A stretch of DNA of 64,000 nt from the human T2T-CHM13v2.0 reference genome, Homo sapiens (GCF_009914755.1 NC_060945.1); one strand, 5' to 3'. Shown: positions 16,338-30,560, numbered from the stretch's first letter. The notes: generated by a model from the letters alone, not told the origin. A program made the numbers and translations.

Positions 16338-16788
16338 TCTGTGCTAGTTCCTAGGGCTGCTATAACAAGGTACCACAAACTTGGTGGCTTAAACAACAGA
16401 AACTTATTGTCTTACCGTTCTGGAGGCCGGAAACCCAAAATCCAGGTGCTAGCAGGGTTGATTTCTTCTGAGGGCTGTGAGAGAAGGCTCTGTCTCATGC
16501 CTGTTTTCTAGTTGCTGGAAGCTGCAGGTGTTCCCTGCCTTGTAGATTGACTACTCCCTGTGTTTTCACATCTTCTCTCTGTGCCTGGCTCTGTCTCTAC
16601 ACACGCTGTTCTTTCTAGTAGGACAGCAGTCACATTGGATTAGGGGCCTACCTTGTCTTGTAGAACCTCATTTTAGCTAATCATATCTGTAATTGCCCTA
16701 TTTCCAAATAAGGTCACATTATGAAGTACTGGGGGGTTAGAACATCAACATATTTTTTTGGAAGGGGGGGAAAATTCAATGCATAACT
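16338..16788 (-). mobile_element. MLT1B/C MaLR solo LTR
   Basis: ctagggctgctataacaaggtaccacaaacttggtggcttaaacaacag ... tttccaaataaggtcacatt...aattcaatgcataac. Confidence 0.85.
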
Positions 16789-18538
16789 TAATGTAAATGA
16801 TTTATTTGTATTTTAAATATCACATGTTCATTGCTAATATAGACACAAACAACTGAATGTTATATGTTTACTTTGTGTCCTATGGCTTACTATATTTATT
16901 ATTAGCTCCAGGAGTTTTTTGTCAATTCTTTGGGATTTTCTACATAGACAATCATGTCATCTCTAAATAAAGACAGTGTTATTTCTCCTTCTCCAATGTA
17001 TAACTTCTATTTCCTTTTTCTAGCACTAGCTACAACTTCCAGTACAATGAAGAAGTGGCGAGGAAGGACATTATTGCCATGTTCCTGATATTAGTGGTTA
17101 AGGGTCCAGGTTCTTATCATTAGCTAAGATGTTAGCTGTAGGTTTTTTTTTTTAACGTTTTATTATTAAGGTAAGGAAGACTCTCCTATTTCTCCTTGTG
17201 TGGATTTTAGTAAATTATGTCTTTCAAAAAATTGGTCCATTTCTTCTAAGTGATCAAATTTATGGGCTAGAGTCATTCGTAGTATTCCTTTTAATGTCCA
17301 TAGATCAATAGTAATGATCCTTCTTTTATTTCTGGTGTTGATATTTTTTGTCTTTTCTTGATTTTCATAGCTAGAGGTTTATCAATTTATTGATATTTTC
17401 AAAGAAATAGCTTTTAGTTTTATTGATTTTTCTCTATCATTTTTGCATTCAAAACATCCTTGATTTTTGCTCTAATTTTTATTTTTTTTCTTCTGCTTGT
17501 TTTAGGATTAAATTACCCTTCTTTCTCTAGTTTTCTAAGATGAAAACCTAGGTTGTTGACTCTAGATCTTTATGCCTTTCTAACATATACATTTAATGCT
17601 ATGAATTTCTCTCAAAGCACTGCTTTTGCTGCATCCAACTAATTTTGATTAATAGTATTTTATTTTCATTTAGATCAAAATATTTAATTTCTATGAGACT
17701 TTTTCTTTGACCAATGTACAATTTTGGCTTTTGTTGCTTAATTTCCAAATATTTAGGGATTTTCCAGCTCTCTTTCTGTTATTGATTTCTAGTTTCATTC
17801 CAATGTAGTTTAAAAACATACTCCAAAGGATTTCTATTGTTTTACAATTTTAAGGAGAGTTTTATGGCCCTGATGTAGTCTGCCATGGTAAAGATGAATT
17901 TAGGAAGAATATGTACTCTGCTGTTTTTGGGTGGAGTATTCTATACATGTCAACTAAATAAAGCTAATTATAAAGCTGTTCAGATCATCTATATCCTCAC
18001 ATATCTTCTCTGCCTGCTTAATCTACCAAGTACTGACAAAGGAACATTGAAGCCTCCAACTAAATAATCAATATGTCTTTTTCTCCTTTCAATTCTGTCA
18101 GTTTTGGCTACACATACTTGGACACTCTGTTGTGAGATTTATACATATGAAGGATTTTTATGCTGGGTTTTTTTTTTTTTTGCAGAATTAACCCATTTAT
18201 CATTAAGTGATACTCCTCACTATCTCTGATAATTTTCCATATTTTGAAATTGACTTTGCCTGAAACTAATATATCTACTTTAGCTTTCTTTTGGTTAATT
18301 TTAGAATAATATATCTTGTTTCAGCTCTTTAACTTCCCTGAGTCTTTAAATTTAGAGACTTGTGTCTTATTTTTAATCCACCCTGACAATCTCTGTCCTT
18401 TAATTATATGTAGACTATTCATATTAAAGTGACTATTGATACAGTTGGATTAATAGCTACCATGTTTGCAGCTGTTTTCTACCTGTTGCACTTCTGGTGT
18501 CTTTATCTCATCTCCTTTTCTGCCTACATTAGTTTTAG

Positions 18539-18921
<383 letters not shown>

Positions 18922-19987
18922 CAATTATCCTTATTTTTTTTAAATAGGTTTTGCACCAGAGTTTGAAATATACATTTTAATTAGCCTAAGTCCACCTTCA
19001 AATAATAGTACGCTACTTCACAAGTAGTGCTGATACCTTATAACAGAGTATTCCTAATTCTTTCCTCCCATTCTTTGTAACATTGTTATAATTCATTCAT
19101 TTATCCATACGCTATACTCACTTAATACATTATTGCTATTATTATTTTAAGCAGTGAGCCGAGATCGTGCTTTTAGATGAAGTATAAATAAGAAAAATCA
19201 AAGTTTCAATTTTTTCTTCATTTATTCTTTCTCCAATGTTCTTTTTATTCATGTAAATCCTGGTTTCTGACCTATGTCATCTTATTTCTTTATAGAGAAA
19301 TTATTTTAACATTTCTTACAGGAAAGGTCTATGTACTAGTGATAAATTTCCTCAGTTTTTGTTTCTTTGAGAAAACTTCTATTTCTCCTCACTTTTGAAG
19401 GATAATTTTGTTGGATATAGAATTCTAGGTTGGCATTTTGTTTTTGTTTTTTTCTTCCAAAACCTAAAATATTTTATTTACTCCATTTTCTTCCCGCTTT
19501 CATGGTTTCTGATGAAAAGTCCACTGTAATTCTTATCTTTGTTCCTTTATAGGTAAAATTATTTCTTTTTCCTCTGACTGCTTGCAACATTTTCTCTATA
19601 TCTTTGCTTTTCTGTAGCTTAAATGGTAGATATGCATAGGTGTAGATATTTTGGGAGCTTTCTGGATCTGTGTTTAGGTGTCTGTCATTCATTTTGAAAA
19701 CTCAGCCATTATCACTTCAAATATTTCTTCTTTTCAGTTCTCTCTCTCTTTTCCTTTTGGTGTTTCAATTATGTGTCTGTCATACCTTTTGAAGTTATCT
19801 CACAGTTCTTGGATGTTCTGTTCTTTCTGTTCCTTCTTGTTGTTGTTCATTCTCTTTCCCTTTGCATTTCAGATGGGAAGTTTCTATTAACTTATGTTCA
19901 GGTTCACTAATGCGTTCCTCCACCTGTCCAGTCTACTGATGAGCCTGTCAAAAGCATTCTTTACTTCTGTTATAATGTTTTGTTTCT

Positions 19988-20429
<442 letters not shown>

Positions 20430-22124
20430 TAATCAAAGTTATTTTAAATCTCGTCTGATAACTCTAATATCTGTCATCTATGAGTCTGATTCTGATGCTT
20501 CAGACCCCTTAGTCTCTTCAAACTATTTTTTTCCTTTTAAAATTTCATGTAAATCTATGGTGAAAGCTGGATGTAACATATCCAGTAACAGGCAATGAGG
20601 TAAGTAGGTCTGAAGTGCTAGGTTTTAAGTTAATCTGGCTGAGAGTTGCACTGTGTTTAATGCTTGCTGTAGCTGTAGGTGCCGGAGGTGTCAGATTCCT
20701 CCAGCACCCTTGTTTTTGTCCTCCCCTGATGTCCTAGTGCTTCCCTGAGAACCTTTCCTTAGAAGAGCCTGTGCCTTGCAGCAGTCTCAGCTCCAAGCCA
20801 GTCCTGATGCCCTGGAACCCTGTTGCCATGGAGGTAATATGAGGAGGGGCATTCTAAAATCTTATTAATAGGATTAAAACCGAGTGTCTTTTTGGCCTTT
20901 AGACTTGGCTGTGATATTCACAAGCATGTCTTAGGTATTTTCCTCCCTGAAGTGCTACAGGAAGGCTAGAAGGAGCCCCCAGATTGGGATAAGGCTCTAA
21001 CGAAGCATTTCCCCTTGCTGGTGGGGCCTTAGTTATGGAGAATACCCTGGATATACTTCAGAATGGTTACTTTTCCCCTCCCTTTGCCAAAGACAACAAG
21101 ATTTTCCTTGGCTCTTCGATGTGAGAACCTGGTAGCATTCCTAGAGGTAAAGCCTACAAAAATATGGAGCCCCCTAAGACTGCAGTCCTAGGAATTTCCT
21201 ACCCTCACACCGGTCCATACTCAGCTTCCAGCAATCCAACAACATTACCAGTTACATGCTCCTACCTCATGGTGCCAGTGACATCTGCTCCAGACAAGCA
21301 GATCTGGGTGGCTACATCTTTCTAGTGCTCTGATGGATTGAAAAGAGCTTTTTGATTTTTAGCTTTTTTAGCTCTTTTCTTGTTGGAAGGATGGGAGTAA
21401 TGACTTTCAAACTCTTTACATTTTGAAGCTGAAACTAGAAATCCTGGATATATTTTTTAAGGTTAAAAAAAATAGGCTTCCAGTCATGCTGGATATGGAG
21501 GTGAGAAAAAAGAAATTGATTGGAAATTTTTAGTTATAATGATCAAAAGTTGCATTCACCATACACACTGTTTGTGGCCTATAAGCGTTACCTGGTGTTG
21601 GAAAAACAGTCCATTACATGTTATTCCTCAGCTTGCTTCTGAATTCAGAGGCCCTGAGCCAGTTAAGCTGGTATTATTTCCATTACGAGGTGGCACAGCA
21701 AACACTGTGTGCGTCTGGGTTCAGAATTACTTTGCCCTTCAGAATTACCCAAGGGAAATCTTGAGAAAAATACCTTCTAAATGGGTAATTTTAACAGTGC
21801 TGTGTTATAAACATTTCCTTGGCTCCAAGTCAGGCACTCTGCAGCTTTCGGCAGCTACTGGGTCTGAGATGCTGTTTCTGCTGTTTGAAGCTTACTGTCT
21901 CCATGTTACAGACAACAGCCTGCAGCCCCAGGGATGCCAAGGTACTGGCAAACTTTGGGAATGAACATTTAGTGGAGGAGGCCTACACCTAACCCTATTA
22001 GGAGCTACTTGCCCACTTATGGGGCACAAACAGGTCTGGATTTTAATCCAGGCTCTGGACTAAGATATAACTCCTTTGCCTGTGTTTTGGATCTGTAAAG
22101 TAGGCGTAGTCATAATTTTGTCTT

Positions 22125-22387
22125 TTGTGTGTTGGGGGGGGAGAGAGGGTCTCACTGTCGCCCAGGCTGGAGTGCAACCTCTGCTTCCCGGGCTCCAGCT
22201 TCAGCCTCCTGAGTAGCTGGGACTACAGGCTTGCACCACCAATACCCCGTTAATTTTTGTGTTTTTTGTAGAGATGGGGTTTCATCATGTTGCCCAGGCT
22301 GGTCTCGAACTCCTGAGCTCAAAGCAATTTGCCCGCCTCAGCCTCCTGACGTGCTGGAATTACAGGCGTGAGCCACCACATCTGGCC
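22125..22387 (-). mobile_element. AluJ with internal deletions, inserted in a MIR remnant
   Basis: TSD ATAATT(T/G)TGTCTT at 22112-22124 and 22388-22400. The tail has become TG/G-rich. Confidence 0.88.
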
Positions 22388-22549
22388 ATAATTGTGTCTT
22401 AATGATAATGAAATTTAGCCCTGATGCATGTAACATAAGTGCCCAATCAATACAGACTTGCCATTTGGGTTGTTCACTGCTGCCAACTTCATGGTTTTAT
22501 AAAAGTTCTACCACAAAGATTGCACGTTTTACTTCTAATTAATGATCCC

Positions 22550-22976
22550 TGTGGAGACAAAAGTGGGTCCCTCTTGGATGCTAACCCACCATGTTGATGT
22601 CTCATAGCCCCAGTCCCATGAATGCCTCCTGGTTTCTACTTTATCTACTGTCCCTGGTGTAAGAACGTGTCAACCTGGACATTACCGCACAAACTAGAGG
22701 CGATGGCGCACGTGACATTCTTGCTGTCCTGGAGAGTTGTCTTTGTTTTGCGGGAGCACGTACACCCTTTCCCTGTGGTACGTAAGCCCCACGTCTGGGG
22801 ACTAACAGTGCAGAGAGCCACCTGTCTTGTGGCCACCCAGGGCCACGCTTCCATGTGTAAGTTCCCCGATACATCAACTAATACCGACAAACTGGATTTG
22901 TCTGCCTCCTTCTTTGGTTTCTCTGATCCTTTGGCATTTGGAGGTCATTTCCCATATGAGGCCCTTCCAGGAAACA
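22550..22976 (+). mobile_element. LTR47-like (ERVL) solo LTR
   Basis: TG...CA ends and a perfect 5-bp TSD ATCCC (22545-22549, 22977-22981). It starts TGTGGAGACAAAAGTG..TCTTGGATGCTAA. Confidence 0.8.
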
Positions 22977-23169
22977 ATCCCTGAGAGATTTCCTAGGTTA
23001 CAGTTGGGGCTTTCTTGCCATGGATCTAATTAGCCATGTTGTCCTGTGACCTGCGACTATGGACAGTTGATGGTTCAAAGCATGGGTTCTGGTTGGCTGA
23101 GTTCTCAGAGGCCCCTTTTTTTGCATATGAAATTACTCTCCTCCTCTGTATGAGATGGCATTCAAAACC

Positions 23170-23460
23170 TCACTCTTTTATTCTAGAAATATTTCTGTGC
23201 TGTGTTGAGTTCTACTGACACAGTGGTTAACAAAACAGATATGAACCTCCTCTCACAAAGCTTACAGTCTATAGAGGAGGAAAGATTCTTACTCTAATCT
23301 CACCAACACCATATGCAGCAGGGGTTAGGGGTGCAAAAACACAGTGTGAACCAGGGAGGTCACGAGAACACAGGGAATGGGGAGTGGACTATGCTTGGTG
23401 TCAGGAATGCTTTCCAGAAGAAATTTCTTTGGGCCTGAGACACTGAAGGATGGCAGAGAA
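23170..23460 (-). mobile_element. L2 fragment
   Basis: acagtggttaacaaaacagatatgaacctcctctcacaaagcttacagtcta ... tcaggaatgctttccagaagaa. Confidence 0.6.
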
Positions 23461-23510
23461 GCTCAGTTGAGGGGGGCAAGATGGAAACCCAGGGGCGGGT
23501 CACTATGTCA

Positions 23511-23830
23511 GCAAAGCACTGGCAAACACATTTTCTAAATGACCCCCTAGAAAATGTTCTCAGCTTGGCAGACCCTATCTGTCACAACCACTCAACTCTG
23601 TCATTACAGCCGAAGCCTTAGACAATAAGGAAAGCCATGGAAGTGGCTGGGTTCCAATAAAACTTTATTTATGGATGCTAAACTCGAATTTTGTATTATT
23701 TTTGTATGTCTGTCACGAGGTATTCTTTTTGGTTTTTTTTCCAACCATTTAAAAATGTAAAAACTATTCTCAGCTCACAGGTGGCACCAAAACAGTGAAC
23801 AAGATTTGGCCCTTAGCCTGCAGACCCCTG
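23511..23830 (+). mobile_element. MER58B (hAT-Charlie)
   Basis: caaccactcaactctg...gttccaataaaactttatttatgga...caaccatttaaaaatgtaaaaac...gacccctg. Confidence 0.82.
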
Positions 23831-24429
23831 GGGGAAGCCAGCGAGGGTGACATGGACAGAAGAGTTCAGTAGGGCGAAAGTCCTGAAAATATGAAGGCTA
23901 AGCACGATGAGCCACCCAGGAGCACGCCTTCTTCCTTGCAATAGATGCTGCACACTGAAACTGCCATTTGTAAACTATTAAATGCCACACAAACATGAGG
24001 CATTCTATTACAGTTGTCTATGATCTTATCAAATGTGAATTTTGGGGCCAGGAAAAGGGCATCTAAGTTACCTAATCTGCATGTAAGAAAAATGCACAAA
24101 TACCTAAGGTCAAGGAAACTAAGATCAAATCATTCTTAGGAGACCTCATTTTAGACTAGGGAGGAGTCATCACCGCTTCTCTGTTGATGAACATGTCTTC
24201 CGGTTCAGACTACTTAAAAATTCATTCTCAGTTGCTAATGAATATCCATTGGCAAAATATGAAGAATCCTATGACAACATTCTTTCTGTACAGAAGAAAA
24301 GCTTGGGGAGTCTGTATACACTTTCATTAAAGCAACAATTGAGGTGTCAAGTCACAGGTCTTTGCTTCATTAACTTTCATATTCAGCAGCTAGTGAGACT
24401 GGAAGAACGGATATTCCTTTGGAGGTAAA

Positions 24430-25110
24430 CAGTGGCGGACAAATTAGATAGGACTCCTCCCTCACAGAGGCAGAGACAGACACTGAATAATTACACAAAA
24501 TGACATATTTTCATAACAAAGACGGGTGCCATCAAGGGAAAGCAGAAAAAACTGTAAATCAACAGGCCTATCGTTTCATTTGGGAGGTTGGGATGGTTTC
24601 TTTGTCTCTGTGGACAGGACATTTAAGCCATGACCAAAAGGGGGAACAGACATTTTCTAAGTGTAGAGAGAGGAAAAGTGTGTGTGTGTGTGTGTGTGAT
24701 TGTGCACGTGTGTATGCGTATATATGCATGGTGTGATAGAGTGTGCATGTGTGCACATGTGTGTGTTTGCATGCACATGCTCCTATATGTGGATGTCTGT
24801 GCACTGGAGACCAGGACAGGAAAGGAACTGTATTCCAAACACAGGTAACAGTGTGTGCAAAGACTCAGAAATGCTGAAGCAGTAAAGGACTTAATGATAT
24901 TTGAAAAAATCAACAATGGCCTTTGGGGCCACATATTACATAATACACTGAGACATGCGGTCAAAGTCAAGGCTAAGATGCCAACAGGGGTGGCTCCCCA
25001 GGACCTTGCAGGCTCTGATGCGAGTGTGGATTTTATTCTTTGTGCCAAGGAGAGTCTCTGGGGGGGTTTCAAGCAGGAGAGCATCACTCTGTGATTTCTA
25101 TTTTACAGGG
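24430..25110 (-). mobile_element. L2 fragment with an embedded (TG)-rich tract at ~24678-24800
   Basis: ggaccttgcaggc...ggattttattctttgtg...ttcaagcaggagagcatc. The (TG)n/(TGCA) tract is directly visible. Confidence 0.65.
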
Positions 25111-26190
25111 GGATAAGTGAAGGGCCGGCATCATGAATGAATCTGGGTTTCCAAGGACTTGCTAGATTCAAGGATGTTCCCTCATACATACAATATAGCT
25201 TCAGCTGAAGGTCCTTTGGGCTCCAGTTTCACTTCTTGGCATATCCAGCACAGCAAGAGAGTGACAGTCACCAGCCAGAAGGGAGCACACGTGATCTGAG
25301 GCCCTGTGCTGTGAGTGTGGGACTGCACTTGGCGCCATGAGAGAGTACAGTGATGGATGTGGTCTCCGTGCCCATCCTTGTCTGAAGCTGCAGACTATTC
25401 AGGGGATAACTCTGCCATGTGTGGTTTCGAAATACATGCAACTTGGAGAGGCAGTATTTCGTGTTTCAAGAGAATGCAGTGGGGCATTTTATTGAAAGGT
25501 ATTTTTTTTCTCATCATGTAAAATAAATTAACATGGTGTTGCATGGTTTCTATAAAACACCCGTGCATGTTCGAATCAACTTTGCTTGTTACCTGAATTA
25601 TTTTCTCTACACTTCTCCCCTCTGCTTAATTCATTTGCAAAAGACAGGACGTAAGGAAAACATGCACCAGGTAAGAGACTATTTCTATTGAAGTCAGCGA
25701 GAGTTCTTTTAATTTATTGCCAGAACTCTGAATATCACACTGGTTTTGCTGAAAAAAAAAGTGAAAATGTCTAACTATGAACAAAGAAAGTACAGTTTTC
25801 TCACTAAATTTACATATCATGTATTTGAACATAAGTACAGGGATTTGATTTGGCATGGACTCAGGGAGAGCTCCACGTAAGAATATTCTGAGTGGATGTT
25901 CTGCCCTTCTCGTTCCTCCCAACCCCCTCCTAGGTGCATGGTGTCTGACCCAAGGCAGAAGTAGAAGAACACCTGCTGGCCGTGGGCTGCCTCTGCCATT
26001 CTGCTCATCCAAAGTGATAGAACCAAACCTGACTTTGGTAACTTTTGCTTAATGCCTATATGAGTTTTCTTTCTTTTTCTTTGGATTTATTTATTATTTA
26101 TTTTTACCATTTAGAAAAAAAATGGTAATATTTATTGAGCATCTCCAGTGTGTTAAATGCTTTCACTATATGTTTTCTTTTCTTTTTGTT

Positions 26191-26559
26191 TTCTGAGTTT
26201 TCCAGGGCTGCTGTAACAAAGCACCACAGACTAATTAACTTAAGCAGCAGGCATTTCTTCTCTCACAGTTCTGGAGGCTGGAGTCCAGGATGGAGGTGTC
26301 GGCAGGACTGAGCCTCTCTCCTTGGTTTGCAGATATCTTCCCTGTGCCTTCACAGTGTCATCCCTCTGTGCCTGTCTGTGTCCTCAAGTTCCCTTGTTAT
26401 AAGGACACCAGTGGGATTGGATCAGGGCCTACTCTAATGATCTAATTTTACCTTAATTAACTTTTTAAAGACCTTATCTCTAAATGCAGCCACGCTCTGA
26501 GATCTTGGGGGTTAGGGCTCCAACAGATGGATTTGGGGAACACAACGTAGCCCCTAACA
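26191..26559 (-). mobile_element. MLT1A/MLT1A0 solo LTR
   Basis: cagggctgctgtaacaaagcaccacagact...tataaggacaccagt...gggttagggctccaaca...agcccctaaca. Confidence 0.87.
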
Positions 26560-27259
26560 TGCCAAACAAAAAGGAAGACACACTGGCATGGGGACAGGAG
26601 GTGAGTGGGAAGAACTGGTGCTCCCGAGAGGGAGTGGGCTGGGAAAGGCAGAAGAGGTGACAGTGTGAAGCTGCTCCTTGGGGACTTCTGGGTCTACCCA
26701 CGAGTGGATGCCCTGCAGAAACTGAGAAGGGGATGGGTGAGAGGACAATTGGCTTCACAGAATCCAGGGCCCCTCTAGCACCCTAAACACCAAACAAACA
26801 ATGAAGGACCAAGCGGGAGATGCTGGCTGGCACCCTGACTGCGTGCTTCTGGCGTGCCCATTAGGAGAGAGGAGAGCAGAGGATCGTGCAAAGACACTTT
26901 TTTATCACTGGGGGAACCATGCATTCACTGAGAAATGAGTTGTTCTTCCAGAATTCTGTCCTTGTGACAGGTAACATAACTGTCATGTGAGTAACAGACT
27001 TCATCTTGGCAGATGTGACACCACATGGGAGCCCACATGGTATAATAGTGCAGATACCTATAACGTGCGTATTGGGAGTTTGTGAAGCATATATACTGGG
27101 CATGGCTGAAATCCAGAGTTCAGTAAAAGAAAAAAAAAAGGGAGAGGGCAGGAAGTTAATGGAAAATGTGTAATGTGAATATTGACCCAACAGACCTCTA
27201 AAAATATAAGCTCCATTTCTTACCAAGGAATTTTCTTTTCTCTTTGGAGAGGACGTGGC

Positions 27260-27690
27260 AACAACGACATCTCATGCTTACACGAGCTGCCCCACTGTTC
27301 TGTGAGCCTTGGTGTTGTAGTTACTTACAGCTTGCACCAACCCTATGAAGAGGCCCTTTACTGTCCACATTCTGTATAAAAGGAAACAGATCCTGAGAGG
27401 TAAGTGTCACCCAACAAGCAAGTAGAGAGAAAAGGTTTCACCGTCTGGCCTCTGGATGGGAGCTCTTCACCTCCACGCTACAGGCCACCATGTGGTCTGG
27501 CATTGGCCTGGGTGTCAGGCAGCGCCCTGTGCAATCTCTGGCCCTGCCATAGCCAGTTATGTAAATTCTTAGAGACTCGATTTGCTCATCTGTCACATGT
27601 GGAAAGAGGAAGCATTCATCTCCCAGGACTGCTGTGAGAGTCAAAAGCGAAATACGTAGCAGAGCTGGCCCTTCGTAAATGACTAACACG
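27260..27690. mobile_element. Two MIR fragments in opposite orientation
   Basis: caaccctatgaag...aaggaaacagatcctgagagg (minus strand), then tttgctcatctgtcacatgtgg...ggactgctgtgagag (plus strand). Confidence 0.6.
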
Positions 27691-29879
27691 TGGTACCTCT
27701 TCTTGCAAGAAGTGAAAGCCTGAGTTGTGTGTTCAAAATTGTCATCACTCTTGCTCTCTGTGAGTGCAGCCAGGACAAACACAGTCAGGGCTTCAATGGT
27801 GCACGTGGAGCCTGTTAGAAATAAACAAAAGACATAAAGCTGGTAACAGAGGCACCTCTTTCTGCCTGAGTGGGGCAGGTCCTCATGGTTCTCATCAGCC
27901 CAAGGCTCTGACTCCCCACCTTTCAAAGCTGCCACCCAAGTTTACGAACTCTTTTTATTTTCACCTATGCCATCAATAAATCATCCCCAGCTTTTCTCAA
28001 GAAACCTGCCATTGGGTGCGACGTTGCTATGAGACTCTCAAGTAGACACACAAACGGGGCCACCAAGCTGAGTGGCAGGCTTGGGATGATTAAAACCACT
28101 GTCTCCCTGAGTGTTTTAAAAAGAGCAAATTGTAAAAAATAACCACCTTGCTCACACCGAGTCTGGAAATTACATCAAGAGCTGATCAGGAGATGGATTC
28201 TCAGGACCTACAGGAAAATTTAGAAAATCTCAAGGAAAAAGCTCATCATGCAAGCTACATATATAGAAAATAGCCCCATTAAAGTTTTTTTTGAGAGCAT
28301 GACAAGGAATTAATGAGTCAACCAAGGGTGTCTTGCAGATGTGTTCAAAACACAAGCCAGTACCAGGAAATACTAGGTGGGAGCCGTGTAGCCTGAGACT
28401 CTTCAGATCATGGAAGAGAAGTGCTGGCTTATTGCCAGTTGATCTCTGATAACAGCCAAGCCCTGCATGATAAGTCACAGATATCCCCATGAGAGATGCA
28501 AAAGCTTTTCTTTTTTTAATTTTTAATTTAAGAATTTAATCCATATATCCCTTATTATAAGAAAAAGAAGGGTTTCTTAAAAATATGAGTGTAAGTTTTT
28601 CATGAGTTCCAAGGGTTTTGTTTGTTTGGTTGGTTTTTGTTTCTGTTTTTTCATAACAGCCAGTAAGACAAGAGTCTCGTTAGAACTGGCAGACGTGCAG
28701 CTCTCCCAAGACGTTGCTTCTGCTGGAAAGCCCGTGCTGCTCTGGATGGCGGAGCCATGAACAGGAAAAGTGGATGGTGTGATGAAGGCATCCCCCAAAT
28801 CCCTAAAGAAACAGCACAAAAGTCTGCCCCATAATTATTTCTGCCTGCTTCCAGGGTATGGGAAAATCGTGTCTCAATATCTGGAAGAGAACTTGACTAA
28901 AAGCTATTTTATAAATAAATACATATATGTAAAATTATATGTATGTGCCCACACATATGTGCATGTACGTGTATATGCGTGCATGTATGTCGATGGATGG
29001 ACGGATGGTTAGATAGAAACCATAAAGCTGGCATTTTCAGAAGCTGGGAATACAAGAACCAGGTGTGCTGGATCTAAAGGCAAAAACCACGAGAGCAAGC
29101 TTAGCTCTAATCAAAGCCAAGGTTCACAGGGGATCTGGTAAAGAATGGTCCCAGAAACCTGAGAAGCAGCTTTATACAGCCGACTCAAAACAGGGGTGTG
29201 GCCCCAGAGCTACAGAAAACACCGGAGAAGCCAGATTCTGGGGTCTCAAACTCAAATGCCTGCAGGGTCTGGGGCGGACTCTGAACTGGAAGGGAGAGGC
29301 TCCGCAGCTCCGGGATGGCCACTGCTCCATCCAGAGTACAGATCTTCCCATCTTTGAAGAAAAGAAAGAAAGGTAGCTATTACAATCTATCAGTTTTTAA
29401 ATGTTGGCTGAATTTGTAAAAGGGGAGGGGACACACAAAACTCTTATGCAGTTCATACCCATTTCCGCAGCGGGTATTGACTGCACTCTTCATGATGTCG
29501 CTGGAACCCAGCACCTGAAGCTGACCGCAGAGCCCCTAGACTGGTGGAGGTAGAGAAGGTCGTTGCTTCCATGACATGGGGGCGCTCGCCAGGCGTGCAG
29601 GGTGGGGACCCCTGGCAGGGATGAAGGAAGGCAGGCCTCCCCGAGGACATGCAGGGGCCGGCGGGGCAAGGCTGGGAGCGCTGAGGCCACCCCGTGACCA
29701 CTGAGGAGGATGTGGGGGCTTGGGAACTGAGGGAGCCTCTGAGCTGAAATGGGATCCTTTCCCACCCCAACCACGCCTCCCTACACTTCTTAGACACAGG
29801 CAGTCCTGCTTCCGGGGAGATCCCCAGGTCCTTTTGTTCACAGGCTGGACCCATCTGTCTCTCTTTTCTCTTGTCATTT

Positions 29880-30560
29880 TTGTAAGACATCAGAGCTTTA
29901 TTTGTCCTCTTCATTCAAACACATTTTCCAAAACTATCACTTATTTTTAAATTTTGTTCCTGGCTTTTTTCTGCAATGAATGTTCATATAGACTGTGATG
30001 TGCGTTTCTATCACCCCATAACTTTTCAGTTTTCTTTGTTAACAATGTCTCCTCACCCTTAAAATTGCTTTTACAATTTTTAGTGATTTTTTTAAGCATA
30101 TGTCCCTAATCCATCTGCAATTTATTTTTGGATTCGATCTGACATAGCGGGTCCAACGTTCTATTTTTCCAGATGGACAACCGGGAAGTTATGCCAGCAT
30201 CACTTTTCAGACAAGCCAACTTTTCTAAATAAAACGTCGATTCTACTTTTATCATGAATTTAATTTTCTTATGTATTAGAATCTATTTCTGGATCCTCTA
30301 TTCTATTAATTAATTCATCTGTTCCTACACTAAAACAATATTGATTTGATTACCTTCAATGTGTAGTGTAAATTTCCTTCACTAATGTTCTAATTGTTTT
30401 CCAGGAAATTTTCAGGCTTCCCCCCACCGCCTGCAATATGATCATTTAATTCTATTCCAAAAAAAACATCCTGTTGGGATTGCAATTTTGACACACGTGA
30501 TATTTTTACGACGTTATGCGTTCCCGCCCAAGAACACACTTGGTCATTCATCCACTCAAG
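29880..30560 (-). mobile_element. Very old L1ME ORF2 fragment
   Basis: aatccatctgcaatttatttttgg...ctatttttccagatgga...ccagcatcactt...tctatttctggatcctctattcta. Confidence 0.7.
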
